From assembly GCA_035457725.1 (NCBI GenBank), contig DATIBC010000044.1, positions 84,067-148,066 on the forward strand: a DNA stretch of 64,000 bases, read 5' to 3'. Within the stretch, counting starts at the first letter, position 1, and each line of letters starts with the position of its first letter. The DNA is from Alphaproteobacteria bacterium. Its GTDB lineage: Bacteria; Pseudomonadota; Alphaproteobacteria; CACIAM-22H2. The notes beneath the pieces are model-generated. The model worked only from the letters and a program-made list of their open reading frames with translations, did not search any database and was not told where the DNA came from. The position numbers and the translations under genes were made by a program. Below are positions 30,758-40,583 of this stretch, piece by piece.

Positions 30758-31824
30758 CGCGCCCTCGGATCAAGAACGCGATAGAGCAAATCGGACAGGA
30801 GATTGAGCCCGGTGAATACGACGCCGACGACGACGGTCCCGCCAAGTACGGCGTTCATGTCGGCGTTGAGCAGCGAGTTGGTGATGTACTGGCCGAGGCC
30901 AGGCCACGCGAAAACCGTTTCAGTCAGCACCGATCCTTCGAGCAAATTGGCGTAGGAAAGCGCGACGACGGTGACCAACGGCACCATGACGTTGCCGAGC
31001 GCGTGCCGCCACACCACGCGACGCTCGGACAAGCCCTTGACGCGCGCGGTGGTGATGTACTCCTGCCGCAGCTGCTCGAGCATGAAGCTTCGCGTCATGC
31101 GGCTGATATAGGCGAGTGAAAAATATCCTAGTATCGATGCCGGCAGGATGACGTGGGCGAAGGCGTTACGGAACACGTCCCACTCGCCGGCGAGCGCGCT
31201 GTCGATCAATATGACGCCGGTCACCGTGTCGACCAGGTCTTCGTAGACGACGTCGAGACGGCCCGGCCCGGCGACCCACCCGAGCTTGGCGTAGAACAAC
31301 ATCAGGCCGACGAGGCCGAGCCAAAAAACCGGCACCGAATAGCCGACCAGGCCGACGACCCGGACCACCTGATCGATCCAGCGGTCGCGGTGAACCGCGG
31401 CGAGAACGCCAAGCGGGATGCCAAGAACGACGCCGATGATCGTCGCGATCGTCGCGAGTTCCAGTGTCGCGGGGAAATATCGGGCGATGTCGACGACGAC
31501 CGGGTTGGAGGTCAAGACGGACCGTCCGAAATCGCCCTGCACCGCCTTCATAGCGTAGAGATAGAACTGCTGCCACAAGGGAAGGTGCAGGCCGAGTTCC
31601 TGTCGCACCCGATCGTAGACCTCGGCCGGCGCGCGATCGCCGACCGCGGCCAATACCGGATCGATCGGCACGACGCGGCCGATCAGGAACGTGACCAGCA
31701 GTAACCCGAAGAACGTCAGCGCGACGGTGAAAATCAGGCCCAGCGCCGCCGCCGCCACCCCGGTGGCGACCGAGGACGGCGACGGCTGGCGCTTCTTTCC
31801 GAATCGACCGAGCGAGAACCGCAA
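30754..31824 (-). CDS. Peptide ABC transporter permease (DppB-like)
   Basis: 356 aa polytopic BPD_transp_1 permease upstream of the DppC-like gene. Confidence 0.8.
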   Translation of the reverse strand: MRFSLGRFGKKRQPSPSSVATGVAAAALGLIFTVALTFFGLLLVTFLIGRVVPIDPVLAAVGDRAPAEVYDRVRQELGLHLPLWQQFYLYAMKAVQGDFGRSVLTSNPVVVDIARYFPATLELATIATIIGVVLGIPLGVLAAVHRDRWIDQVVRVVGLVGYSVPVFWLGLVGLMLFYAKLGWVAGPGRLDVVYEDLVDTVTGVILIDSALAGEWDVFRNAFAHVILPASILGYFSLAYISRMTRSFMLEQLRQEYITTARVKGLSERRVVWRHALGNVMVPLVTVVALSYANLLEGSVLTETVFAWPGLGQYITNSLLNADMNAVLGGTVVVGVVFTGLNLLSDLLYRVLDPRAR

Positions 31825-31831
31825 CGGAGCG

Positions 31832-33427
31832 TCAGTTCTTCACGATGTCCTTGTAGTAGTTGTTGTCGAAACTCGGACCGATCGCGATTCCGCTGACGTT
31901 GCTCCGGTGGACCCAGTTCTCGATCTCCTGGAACATGATGACGAACGGCGACGACTGCTGATGGACACGCTGCAGCTCTTGATAAGTCGCCTCGCGCTTC
32001 TTGGCGTCGCGCTCGACCACCGCCCCGGCGGTCTTTTTCGTCAATTCAGGTATGTCCCACGAATTGCGCCACGCCAACGTCTTCGATTTCGCGGTGTCCG
32101 AATTGTCTTCGTTCATCGCGAAGGTCTCGGCGTTGGTGTGCGGATCCTGATAATCGGGCCCCCACTGGCCGATATAGATGTCGTGGTTGCGCGCCCGGTA
32201 CTTGGTCAGCGTCTGCTTGCCGTCGCCCGGGATGATCTCCAGCTTGACCCCGGCCTGCGCCCAGCTCGCCTGGATCGCCTGCGCGATGTCGATGATCGGC
32301 GAGGTCGAGCGTGTATCCATCGTCACCGTGAAGCCGTTCGGATACCCCGCCTTGGCCAGCAAGGCTTTGGCCTTCGCCGGGTCGAATTTATACGGCTGGT
32401 CTTCGATCGCTCCAAGGAAGCCGATCGGCAGGAACGACTGATGCACCTGGTGCGTCGCCGAGACGATGTTCTTCTGGACCGCCTGGTAGTCGACCAGAAG
32501 CTTGAGCGCTTCGCGCACCTCGGGCTTGGCGAGGATCGGGTTCTTCTGGTTGAGGCCCAGGTACACGATCGCGCCTTTCAGGCCCCGATCCACCTTGATG
32601 GCGGAATTTCCAGCGAGGCCGTCGAGCTGATCCTTGGTCAGGTTGCGGGCGATGTCGACGTCGCCCTTCTCGAGCAGCAAGCGCTGCGTCGCCGGCTCCT
32701 TGACATGCCGGACGATCACCCGCTTGCTCTTCGGCGCACCGGCGAAATGCTGCTCGTTGGCCTCGAGCGTGTAGTTCTCGTTGGCCCGCCAGACACGCAG
32801 CTTGTAGGCGCCGGTGCCGGCCGAGTTGGTCTTCAGCCAGTCGTTTCCGAAGTCGCCGTTCTTCTCGTTGGCCATCACCGTCTTCTTGTCGACGACCGCG
32901 CCAACCGTGGCGGTCAGGCAGTAATAGAAGAACGTCGGCGCGACCGGCTTCTCGGTGCGGATGACGAGCGTCGCGTCATCGGCGGCGCGAATGCGCTCCT
33001 TGACGTTGTCCTTGTTGAATCCGAACTGCGTGAGGATGAAGCCGGGCGACTTGTTGAGGATGACGGCGCGCTGCAGCGACCAAGCGGCGTCTTCGGCGGT
33101 CACCGGATTTCCCGAGGTGAACTTGACCCCGCTGCGGAGCTTGAAGGTGTAGGTCACGCCATCGTCGGCAACCCCCCAGCTTTCGGCAAGCTCGCCGCGG
33201 ATCTCGGAGACGTTTTTCAGGTTGAAGGTCAGCAGCTTGTCGTACAGGTTGCCGAGCGCCTCGCTGCCCGAAAACTCGAAGGATTCGGCGGGATCCATCG
33301 AAATGATGTCATCGATCTGCTTGGCTATGACGACCGTGTCCTTGGGCGTTTGGGCCGTAACCCCGCCGGCCGCGCCGGCGACGGCGAACGCCGCCGCGAG
33401 CGCGGCGGCGTAATGGAATTGGCGCAT
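31832..33427 (-). CDS. ABC transporter substrate-binding protein, family 5 (DppA/OppA-like)
   Basis: 531 aa with a signal peptide and the SBP_bac_5 architecture. It is the first gene of the five-gene importer operon. Confidence 0.8.
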   Translation of the reverse strand: MRQFHYAAALAAAFAVAGAAGGVTAQTPKDTVVIAKQIDDIISMDPAESFEFSGSEALGNLYDKLLTFNLKNVSEIRGELAESWGVADDGVTYTFKLRSGVKFTSGNPVTAEDAAWSLQRAVILNKSPGFILTQFGFNKDNVKERIRAADDATLVIRTEKPVAPTFFYYCLTATVGAVVDKKTVMANEKNGDFGNDWLKTNSAGTGAYKLRVWRANENYTLEANEQHFAGAPKSKRVIVRHVKEPATQRLLLEKGDVDIARNLTKDQLDGLAGNSAIKVDRGLKGAIVYLGLNQKNPILAKPEVREALKLLVDYQAVQKNIVSATHQVHQSFLPIGFLGAIEDQPYKFDPAKAKALLAKAGYPNGFTVTMDTRSTSPIIDIAQAIQASWAQAGVKLEIIPGDGKQTLTKYRARNHDIYIGQWGPDYQDPHTNAETFAMNEDNSDTAKSKTLAWRNSWDIPELTKKTAGAVVERDAKKREATYQELQRVHQQSSPFVIMFQEIENWVHRSNVSGIAIGPSFDNNYYKDIVKN

Positions 33428-33560
33428 AAACTCTCTCCCCGCGATGTAATCCGTAACCCCGCCGAAGCGTCGCCCGGCGGACCCGAAGGTACGGATTTTT
33501 CGGCTAAATCATCGACACGCCGGCGCGACGGAGTCAACAGCCGCAGGCTCGGCCAAGCGG

Positions 33561-34370
33561 TCAACCGGGCGATATGTCGTCGTCGCCGAACAGTCGCCGC
33601 ATGATTTGCCGCGTCGGACGCGGCTGTTGCTTGCCTTTGTCCTGGTCCTTGGTGTCGCCGAAAGTCGGCTCGCGCAATTCGACCAGCGGCTGGTTGCCCA
33701 TGGCCCGGGCGATGACAACGATGATCCGGATGAACAGCCCCCACCAGACAAGCGAAAAGAACGCGACCAGCCACACCTGGTAGGACTCATAGAGGCTGGC
33801 GACCATTTTTTGCAGCCACTCGATGCCGAAGGCCTTGGCGATCGTCAGCAGTCCCCAGATGGTCAGGTCGCCCGCGAACAACGCCACCGTCTCGACCATG
33901 CCGTCGCGATTGGGAAAATATATCTCCCTCTCGGCCAGGCTACCGAGGCCGATGCCGAATTCCACGCCGCACTCGTCGCGCGCCAGCCTTTGTGCTTCGC
34001 GAAGATTCGTCGTATCGAGCGATAACGCGATCTGCTCGCGCAACAAGCGGGCGCCGATGCCGCCTGTTGCGCTGCCGCGGCCAATCGAGCAACTCAGCCA
34101 CTTGTAGGCCTGAACATAATCCTGCAGTCCGGGTGCCTCGGCGCGAATGCGACCGACATAGAACTGCGCGGTGGAGTCGCCCTCGCTGGCGAGCGGCTCC
34201 AGTTCGGCCAAGGCGCGCGCGTGATCGCCCTGCTGGAATGCGGCGACACCCGACGCCAAATCGGCGCACGCGACTTCCGACGCGGCCAGGCTCGACGCAA
34301 GGGCCGCCGCAATCGCGAACAGTTTTACGCGATTTGTCGGTATTCCGATACGGGTGTGCCAGTTCGGCAT
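33561..34370 (-). CDS. Signal-peptide protein with a Sel1/TPR-like repeat region and a C-terminal transmembrane segment
   Basis: 269 aa. The N-terminal signal peptide is followed by Sel1-like repeats (AAFQQGDHARALAELEPLASEGDSTAQFYVGRI...AYKWL) and a hydrophobic C-terminal third. Confidence 0.45.
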   Translation of the reverse strand: MPNWHTRIGIPTNRVKLFAIAAALASSLAASEVACADLASGVAAFQQGDHARALAELEPLASEGDSTAQFYVGRIRAEAPGLQDYVQAYKWLSCSIGRGSATGGIGARLLREQIALSLDTTNLREAQRLARDECGVEFGIGLGSLAEREIYFPNRDGMVETVALFAGDLTIWGLLTIAKAFGIEWLQKMVASLYESYQVWLVAFFSLVWWGLFIRIIVVIARAMGNQPLVELREPTFGDTKDQDKGKQQPRPTRQIMRRLFGDDDISPG

Positions 34371-34391
34371 TCGCCGCCCCCCGCTTTCGCT

Positions 34392-34859
34392 TCAGACTGG
34401 ACGGAGAAATACGGCGACGGCGCCGACGAGCGCAAGAAACGTCATCGCGCCGAACGCCGTGAATACGAAAACGTTCGATGCCGTCCACAGCGGATACCGC
34501 TGACGCTCGTAAATCCGCCGCTCGAGCGAACGCCGTTCGCGGCCGACCATCAGGACGAAGAACAGCCGGCGGCCGGTCAGCGGCAGCCAGCCGCGCAGAT
34601 TGACCAGCTGCGGGGTCGGCTGAAACGCCCGGCGCACCGCCGCGAGCTGCTCGGCGGTGAAGCTCATGCCCACCCGCGGATCGACCCGCTGCAGAAATTT
34701 CTGCGTAAACTCGTCGTTGGGATCGACCAGCGACATCGAACCGATACCCTTTCCGCTCCGCGCTGCCAGCGCGCTAAAACGCCGCGTCGCGGCGGCCGCT
34801 TGAGCATCGCCCATTCCTACCCGCGCAAGCTCTACTTTTTCCTTAAGGCCCAAGTGCAT
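34392..34859 (-). CDS. Hypothetical membrane protein
   Basis: 155 aa with 2-3 TM helices at the C-terminus. It starts 13 nt after the histidine kinase stop and ends 21 nt before the Sel1-like gene start. Confidence 0.4.
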   Translation of the reverse strand: MHLGLKEKVELARVGMGDAQAAAATRRFSALAARSGKGIGSMSLVDPNDEFTQKFLQRVDPRVGMSFTAEQLAAVRRAFQPTPQLVNLRGWLPLTGRRLFFVLMVGRERRSLERRIYERQRYPLWTASNVFVFTAFGAMTFLALVGAVAVFLRPV

Positions 34860-34871
34860 GTCGCCCGCCGA

Positions 34872-36695
34872 TCAGCCCGTAGATTTATCCCTGCCGGCTG
34901 CGCGCTTGAGGCGCTTGCCGAGGCCGCGCAGGCGTCGCGAACCCGTCCCTCCATTCGGCTTGCTGGTTCGGTCGTGTTCGTTGCTCGCAGCCCTGACCGG
35001 CAGCGTCTCGAGAATGGCGCCCGCGGCGGCCACCAGACCCGGCGCCTTGCTCCCCGAAGCTTGTTTCGCCAGATCGGGAGTGTCGTCGGCGTTGGCGCGA
35101 ATCCGGAATGCGGGGAATCGGCATGTGACAGTAGTGCCGACGCCCACGCTGCTGGTCAACGTCAAGGCGCCGCCATGCGCATCCATCAGCGATCTGGACA
35201 GCGGCAGGCCAAGACCGGTTCCTTCGAATTTGCGATTGAGACCGCTGTCGACCTGGCCGAATGGAGCGAGCGCCGTGGCGATGTCCCGTGGCGCGATGCC
35301 GACCCCGGTGTCGACGACCGATATGGCGAGTCCGCCCTCAGCATCGATCTCCGTCACAACCTCGACCGAGCCGCTCGACGGCGTGAACTTCACCGCGTTC
35401 GACAGCAGATTGAGCAGCACCTGTTTCAAGCGCCGCTCGTCGCACCAAAGGTGGCGACGGTCGGTCTGTTCGTTCGTCGTCACGCTGATCTTCGATTGAA
35501 TGGCGCGGTGCTTGACAAGCGCAATGCAGGCGTTGATCGCCTCGCGCACGTCGACGACCTCCTCCTGCAAATCGGTATGGCCCGCCTCGATTTTCGAGAT
35601 GTCGAGGATGTCGTTGATCAGCTTCAAGAGATGCGTCGCTGAGGAGTGGATGAACTGAACGTAGCCGGACTGCTTCTCGTTAAGCTCGCCGAAGTACCTC
35701 CCCGACAGCATCTCGGAGAAGCCGATGACGGCGTTGAGCGGCGTGCGTAGCTCGTGGCTCATGTTGGCCAGGAACTCGCTCTTGGCGCGGTTGGCGATCA
35801 CTTGGTGCTCGAGGGCGAGGCGCTGCGCCTCGACCATTTTACGCCGCGCGCTGATGTCGGTGATGTTGCAGATATATAGCGACCGATCGCCCGCGCGCCG
35901 CTCGTAAGGCGAGTCCGCACTGGCAAACCGCGCCACGCCGACCACGAGATGGAGCGAAAACGAACGGCCGTCGCGCCGCGCGCCGGAGGTCTCGATCGGC
36001 CCGATTTGCCCGCCCTCGGCTTTGGCCATGGTGAGGTAGTGCGATATCTCGCGTCCAATCCGCCCCTGCACCAGCGACGGGCTCAGAATGTCGATCGATT
36101 TGCCGATCACCTCGTCCTCGCGCAGTTCGAACATCTCGAGGCCGGTGCGGTTGGCGTAAATGATCCGGCCCTCGTAATCAGCGACGAACACGCCTTCGTG
36201 CGTGTTTTCGATGACGCTCTGGATCAGCACGTTCTTGTGGCGGATCGTCATGTCTTTGACGAACGTCACGCGGCCGTGGTTGTTGATCTGCCGCAGGAAG
36301 ACGACCGCCAGGACGATGCCGGGAATCCCAAGCGCAACCATGAAATCGACCGAAATACCCGGGGTACGGTGAAGGATGAGCGTCCAGATCAACACCGCCG
36401 CCGACCAGAGCCCGAATCCCGCGAGGCAGCGCCGCCACGTCCATGTCTCCAGCCGCGGGCCGACCGCCACCGCGGCGGCGGAAATCAACATCATCACCAC
36501 GAAGTGCCAGGTCGTCGACGCCGCGAACCAGTCGCGCCGCACGGCGGCCAAGCCGACGGCATCGGCGATGACGGCGATCAAGTCCGATTGAAGAACAAGG
36601 AAGCCCAGGCTCGCCGCCGCCGCCGTAATCACGTATGGCGCGAAGCGCTCCACCTGTCTGCGTGCCTCAGCGCCGTTGGTCGCCGTGGTCGCCAT
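34872..36695 (-). CDS. Membrane-anchored PAS-domain sensor histidine kinase
   Basis: 607 aa. N-terminal 5-6 TM region, a PAS domain, HisKA H-box MSHELRTPLNAV, and HATPase_c N/G boxes. There is no receiver domain and no response regulator nearby. Confidence 0.8.
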   Translation of the reverse strand: MATTATNGAEARRQVERFAPYVITAAAASLGFLVLQSDLIAVIADAVGLAAVRRDWFAASTTWHFVVMMLISAAAVAVGPRLETWTWRRCLAGFGLWSAAVLIWTLILHRTPGISVDFMVALGIPGIVLAVVFLRQINNHGRVTFVKDMTIRHKNVLIQSVIENTHEGVFVADYEGRIIYANRTGLEMFELREDEVIGKSIDILSPSLVQGRIGREISHYLTMAKAEGGQIGPIETSGARRDGRSFSLHLVVGVARFASADSPYERRAGDRSLYICNITDISARRKMVEAQRLALEHQVIANRAKSEFLANMSHELRTPLNAVIGFSEMLSGRYFGELNEKQSGYVQFIHSSATHLLKLINDILDISKIEAGHTDLQEEVVDVREAINACIALVKHRAIQSKISVTTNEQTDRRHLWCDERRLKQVLLNLLSNAVKFTPSSGSVEVVTEIDAEGGLAISVVDTGVGIAPRDIATALAPFGQVDSGLNRKFEGTGLGLPLSRSLMDAHGGALTLTSSVGVGTTVTCRFPAFRIRANADDTPDLAKQASGSKAPGLVAAAGAILETLPVRAASNEHDRTSKPNGGTGSRRLRGLGKRLKRAAGRDKSTG

Positions 36696-36819
36696 GTCCC
36701 CCTCGCCCCTCTTCGGCCGGGACCCGATCTCGCCCGCAATCTAACTTCGCGGCCGCGGGGATGAACTGGTTCCCGGTCGTAGCGTCGCTCGCACCGCCGG
36801 TGCCACGGCTGGCGTGCGC

Positions 36820-36960
36820 GATAGGGAAACATCTAGTCGATGAAGCTTAAAGCTTTCGTTAAACAGCGAAAACAATGGTCAAATTAACCTCAAATAGTTA
36901 TGGTAAATTCAGAGACTTTTAGACAAATGAAATCTATTTATTATTGTTAGCCATGTAACC
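36820..36960. promoter_or_regulatory. AT-rich island within a 380-bp intergenic region upstream of the CBS-domain gene
   Basis: About 140 bp at under 35% GC. It contains the near-palindrome GAAGCTTAAAGCTTTC and runs of A/T. Confidence 0.25.
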
Positions 36961-37074
36961 GTCGGGCCGGCAATCGACTCCGCCCCCGCTTTGGTGCATG
37001 ATTCGCCGCGTTCGGGCGTTTCCCTATACTCGCTTGGGCTCCTTCGTGGGGCTGCGGAAGAAGGGGTGCCGACA

Positions 37075-37509
37075 ATGAACGTCGAGACGATCCTCGCTCA
37101 AAAGGGTCGCGACGTCGCGACCCTGTCGCCAGAAAACACGCTTTACGATCTCGTCGAACAGCTCAGTACGCGCCGGATCGGCGCGATGGTGGTCACCGAC
37201 TCGGCGTCCGGGACGATCAAGGGCATCATCTCGGAGCGCGACGTCGTCCATGCCGTGGCGCGCCACGGCCCCGACGCGCTCGAAATGCGCGTCGGCGACG
37301 TGATGACCCGCGAGGTTCTCACCTGCCAGCCCAGTGACCAAATCACCGACATCATGGGACTGATGACCGGGCGGCGCTTCCGCCATGTCCCCGTCGTCGA
37401 GAATGGCCGACTTATCGGCATCGTTTCGATCGGCGACGTGGTCAAATACCGGCTGGGCGAACTGGATCAGGAAGTCGGAATGTGGCGCGAGCTATTCGCG
37501 CCACGATAG
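37075..37509 (+). CDS. CBS-domain pair protein
   Basis: Internal ATG at 37075 (MNVETILAQKGRDVATL). 143 aa comprising two CBS motifs. Confidence 0.75.
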   Translation: MNVETILAQKGRDVATLSPENTLYDLVEQLSTRRIGAMVVTDSASGTIKGIISERDVVHAVARHGPDALEMRVGDVMTREVLTCQPSDQITDIMGLMTGRRFRHVPVVENGRLIGIVSIGDVVKYRLGELDQEVGMWRELFAPR

Positions 37510-37525
37510 GCGTTGGCCGCGCCGA

Positions 37526-38665
37526 TCAGTCGAGCGTCTGGCGGTAGCGCCGCAACGCAATCAATACGGCGGCGGCGAGAAACGCCGCCAGCGGCCAGGC
37601 GTTAATCAGTACTTCGGGCGCCCCGTTGCCCTTCAGCATTATTCCGCGGATGACACGCAGGAAATGCGTCAACGGCAGGATTTCGCCCAGCGCTTGCGCC
37701 CACCCGGGCATGCCGCGAAACGGAAACATGAACCCCGAGAGCAAGATCGACGGCAAGAAGAAGAACATCGACATCTGCATCGCCTGAAGCTGGTTTTGCG
37801 CCACGGTCGAGAAGGTGAACCCGACGCAGAGGTTGGCGGCTATGAAGAGGATCACCGCCGCCGACAGCAACGCGAGGCTTCCCTCGTTCGGCACACCGAA
37901 GACGAAGCGCGCCGCCAGCAATATGATGATCACTTGCACATAGCCGACGACGATGTACGGCAGGATCTTGCCGAGCATGACCTCGACCGGTCGTACCGGC
38001 ATCGCCAGCAGCGCCTCCATCGTGCCGCGCTCGCGCTCGCGGGTGACCGCGAGCGCCGTCATGACCACCATCGTCATCGTCAACACGACCCCCATCAGGC
38101 CCGGCACGATGTTGTACCGGGTAATCCCCTCCGGGTTGTAGAGGCGGTGGATGCGCATCTCGAACGGCGCCGCTGCAGGCGCCAGTTCGCCAAGGGGTCC
38201 GCTTAGATCGTGCGTCAGCGCTTCATTTTCGAGGCGCGACAAGACGGCCAACGCGTTGCCGGATGCGACCGGGTCGGTCGCATCGACCTCGACGAGCAAC
38301 GCCGGCCGCTCACCGCGCAGGATATCGCGCGAGAAGCCGGCGGGAACGTTGACGACGAACTGCACCTGGCCGGTTTCGATCAGTCGCCGACCTTCGGCTT
38401 CGCTGGCCGCGCGCCGGACGATCGTGAAGTAGTCCGAGTTTTCCATCGCCCGCACGATGCTTCGCGCGAACAGGCCATTGTCGGCGGCAATGACCGCGGT
38501 CGGGAGGTGCTTTGGATCGGCGTTGATGGCGAAGCCGAACAGTGTGAGCTGCAAGATCGGCACGCCGATCATCATCGCAAACGTTACCCGGTCGCGGCGC
38601 ATTTGGATGAACTCCTTCAGGAGCACCGCAATCAATCGGGCAAGGGAGAAACGCGGCGAGTTCAT
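37526..38665 (-). CDS. ABC-2 type transporter permease
   Basis: Internal start at 38665 (MNSPRFSLARLIAVLLKEF...). 379 aa with one N-terminal TM helix, a large periplasmic loop and a C-terminal 5-TM ABC-2 domain. Confidence 0.8.
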   Translation of the reverse strand: MNSPRFSLARLIAVLLKEFIQMRRDRVTFAMMIGVPILQLTLFGFAINADPKHLPTAVIAADNGLFARSIVRAMENSDYFTIVRRAASEAEGRRLIETGQVQFVVNVPAGFSRDILRGERPALLVEVDATDPVASGNALAVLSRLENEALTHDLSGPLGELAPAAAPFEMRIHRLYNPEGITRYNIVPGLMGVVLTMTMVVMTALAVTRERERGTMEALLAMPVRPVEVMLGKILPYIVVGYVQVIIILLAARFVFGVPNEGSLALLSAAVILFIAANLCVGFTFSTVAQNQLQAMQMSMFFFLPSILLSGFMFPFRGMPGWAQALGEILPLTHFLRVIRGIMLKGNGAPEVLINAWPLAAFLAAAVLIALRRYRQTLD

Positions 38666-39600
38666 CGAAAGTTGTCCCGCGCCCGCCGCATCGTGTGGAT
38701 GAACACGTCCTCGAGCCCGGGCTCGATCCGCCGCCATTCGAGCCCCGGCGCATCACGATGGCGCGCCAGGCTCGCCGCCATCCGCTCGGCGTCCGTGCCG
38801 CTGACGTGTAATTGCGCGCCAAACGGCGCGACGATCTCGATTCCCGGCTGGCCGGCGAGTTCGGTCGCGAGCCGAGTGACGTTGGGACCCGATGCCGCCC
38901 ACGTCGTCAATCCCGCGGCGCGGCGCACCTGCTCGACCGGTCCGTGGAGCAGCAGTTTGCCGAAGGCGATGTAGGCGATTTCATGGCAGCGCTCGGCTTC
39001 GTCCATGTAGTGCGTGCTGACGAGCACGGTCAGCCCCTGGGCGGCTAAAAGATGAAGCTCGTCCCAGAACTCGCGCCGCGCCTTCGGGTCGACGCCGGCG
39101 GTCGGCTCGTCGAGCAACAGCAGCTCCGGCTCATGCAGCAGGCATGCACTCAAGGCCAAGCGCTGTTTCCAACCGCCAGACAGCGTGCCTGCGAGCTGCG
39201 ATTGCCGCTCGAGCAGGCCCAAGCGTTCCAGCGCCCGATCAACGCGTCTCGGACGGTCGTCGAGCGCGTAGATCCGCGCCACGAACTCGAGATTCTCGCG
39301 AACGCTCAGATCCTCGTAGAGGCTGAAGCGTTGGGTCATGTAGCCGACCCGTCGCTTGATCGCGCCGGCCTCGCGGCGCAAATCGAAGCCGAGACAGGTT
39401 CCTTCGCCGGCATCGGGCGTCAATAGTCCGCACAGCAAGCGAATGGTCGTCGTCTTGCCGCTGCCGTTCGGCCCGAGAAAGCCGAAGATGTGGCCGCGGC
39501 GCACACGGATCGAGAAATCATCGACGACACTGCGCCCGGCGAAACTCTTGCCGAGACCGCGGACGTCGATGGCGAATTCCGGCCCGCCGCGCGGCTCCAT
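38662..39600 (-). CDS. ABC transporter ATP-binding protein (ABC-2/drug-exporter type)
   Basis: Internal start at 39600 (MEPRGGPEFAIDVRGLGKSF). Walker A GPNGSGKTT, signature LSGGWKQR. The 130-codon N-terminal extension was rejected. Confidence 0.8.
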   Translation of the reverse strand: MEPRGGPEFAIDVRGLGKSFAGRSVVDDFSIRVRRGHIFGFLGPNGSGKTTTIRLLCGLLTPDAGEGTCLGFDLRREAGAIKRRVGYMTQRFSLYEDLSVRENLEFVARIYALDDRPRRVDRALERLGLLERQSQLAGTLSGGWKQRLALSACLLHEPELLLLDEPTAGVDPKARREFWDELHLLAAQGLTVLVSTHYMDEAERCHEIAYIAFGKLLLHGPVEQVRRAAGLTTWAASGPNVTRLATELAGQPGIEIVAPFGAQLHVSGTDAERMAASLARHRDAPGLEWRRIEPGLEDVFIHTMRRARDNFR

Positions 39601-39602
39601 GG

Positions 39603-40571
39603 TCAGCGCGCCCCTAACTTGACGTCGACCGGCTGGCCGGGATTGAGCGGCCCCGGGCCGTCGATCGGCGTCGCTTCGACCATGAAGACGAGCTTTTGCC
39701 TGGTTTCCTGGCTGAATATCACCGGCGGCGTGAACTCGGCGCGCGAGGCGATGAAGGTGACGCGCGCCGTGATCGTCTCGCCGCAACCGTCGCAGGCGAT
39801 ATGCGCCTCCTGGTCGAGCCGTATGGTTCCGAATTGGCGCTCCGGAACGAAGAATCGCGCCTTGACGTTCGCCGGCGGCAGGAGCTCGACGATCGTCGCC
39901 CCAGCGCGCACGAATTCTCCGACCCGATACGGCGTCTCGGTCACCCGGGCGGTCGCCGGAGCATTGGCGCGACGCTGCGAAAGCTGCCACTCCGTCTCGC
40001 TCAACGCGGCGCGCGCTGTGTCCACGGCGGCCTCGGCGGCGCGAATTTCGTCGTCGCGCGCGGCGAGCTTTGCGGTTGCAAGGAGTGCCGCGAGCTCGGC
40101 GACGCGCGCCCGGTCCCGCTCGTAGGCGGCGCGTGCCTCGTCGAGCCGCTCAGCGGCGATGACCTTGCTGGCGAATAGGTGCTCCTGCCGTTTGAGAGTC
40201 GAGGCCGATAGGCGCAGTGTCGCCTCGGCCTGCATTCCTTGCGCCTCGATCGCCTGGAGCTCCAGCGGCCGCTGTCCCTTCTGGAGATTGGCGAGATGCG
40301 CCAGAGCCTGCGCGAGTTGGGCGCGCCGTTGGGCGACGTCGGCCATCTCCTTGGCGTCGTCGAGTACGTATAGCGGCGCGCCGGCAACGATCGCATCGCC
40401 CTTATTGACCGAGAGGCTGATCAGCGTTCCCGATACCGGCGCGGCGATCCGCAGATAATCGCCCTCGATGTAGCCCTGGTATCGACCAACCGCGTCATCG
40501 CGGGTGCCGGCGATGCCAACGGCGACGAGCATCGCCATGATCCATTGCCAAACCTGGGTGAAAATTTCCAT
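39603..40571 (-). CDS. HlyD-family membrane fusion / secretion protein
   Basis: 322 aa with an N-terminal TM anchor, a long coiled-coil and a C-terminal beta-barrel region. Confidence 0.8.
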   Translation of the reverse strand: MEIFTQVWQWIMAMLVAVGIAGTRDDAVGRYQGYIEGDYLRIAAPVSGTLISLSVNKGDAIVAGAPLYVLDDAKEMADVAQRRAQLAQALAHLANLQKGQRPLELQAIEAQGMQAEATLRLSASTLKRQEHLFASKVIAAERLDEARAAYERDRARVAELAALLATAKLAARDDEIRAAEAAVDTARAALSETEWQLSQRRANAPATARVTETPYRVGEFVRAGATIVELLPPANVKARFFVPERQFGTIRLDQEAHIACDGCGETITARVTFIASRAEFTPPVIFSQETRQKLVFMVEATPIDGPGPLNPGQPVDVKLGAR

Positions 40572-40583
40572 GGCGTATCTCCG

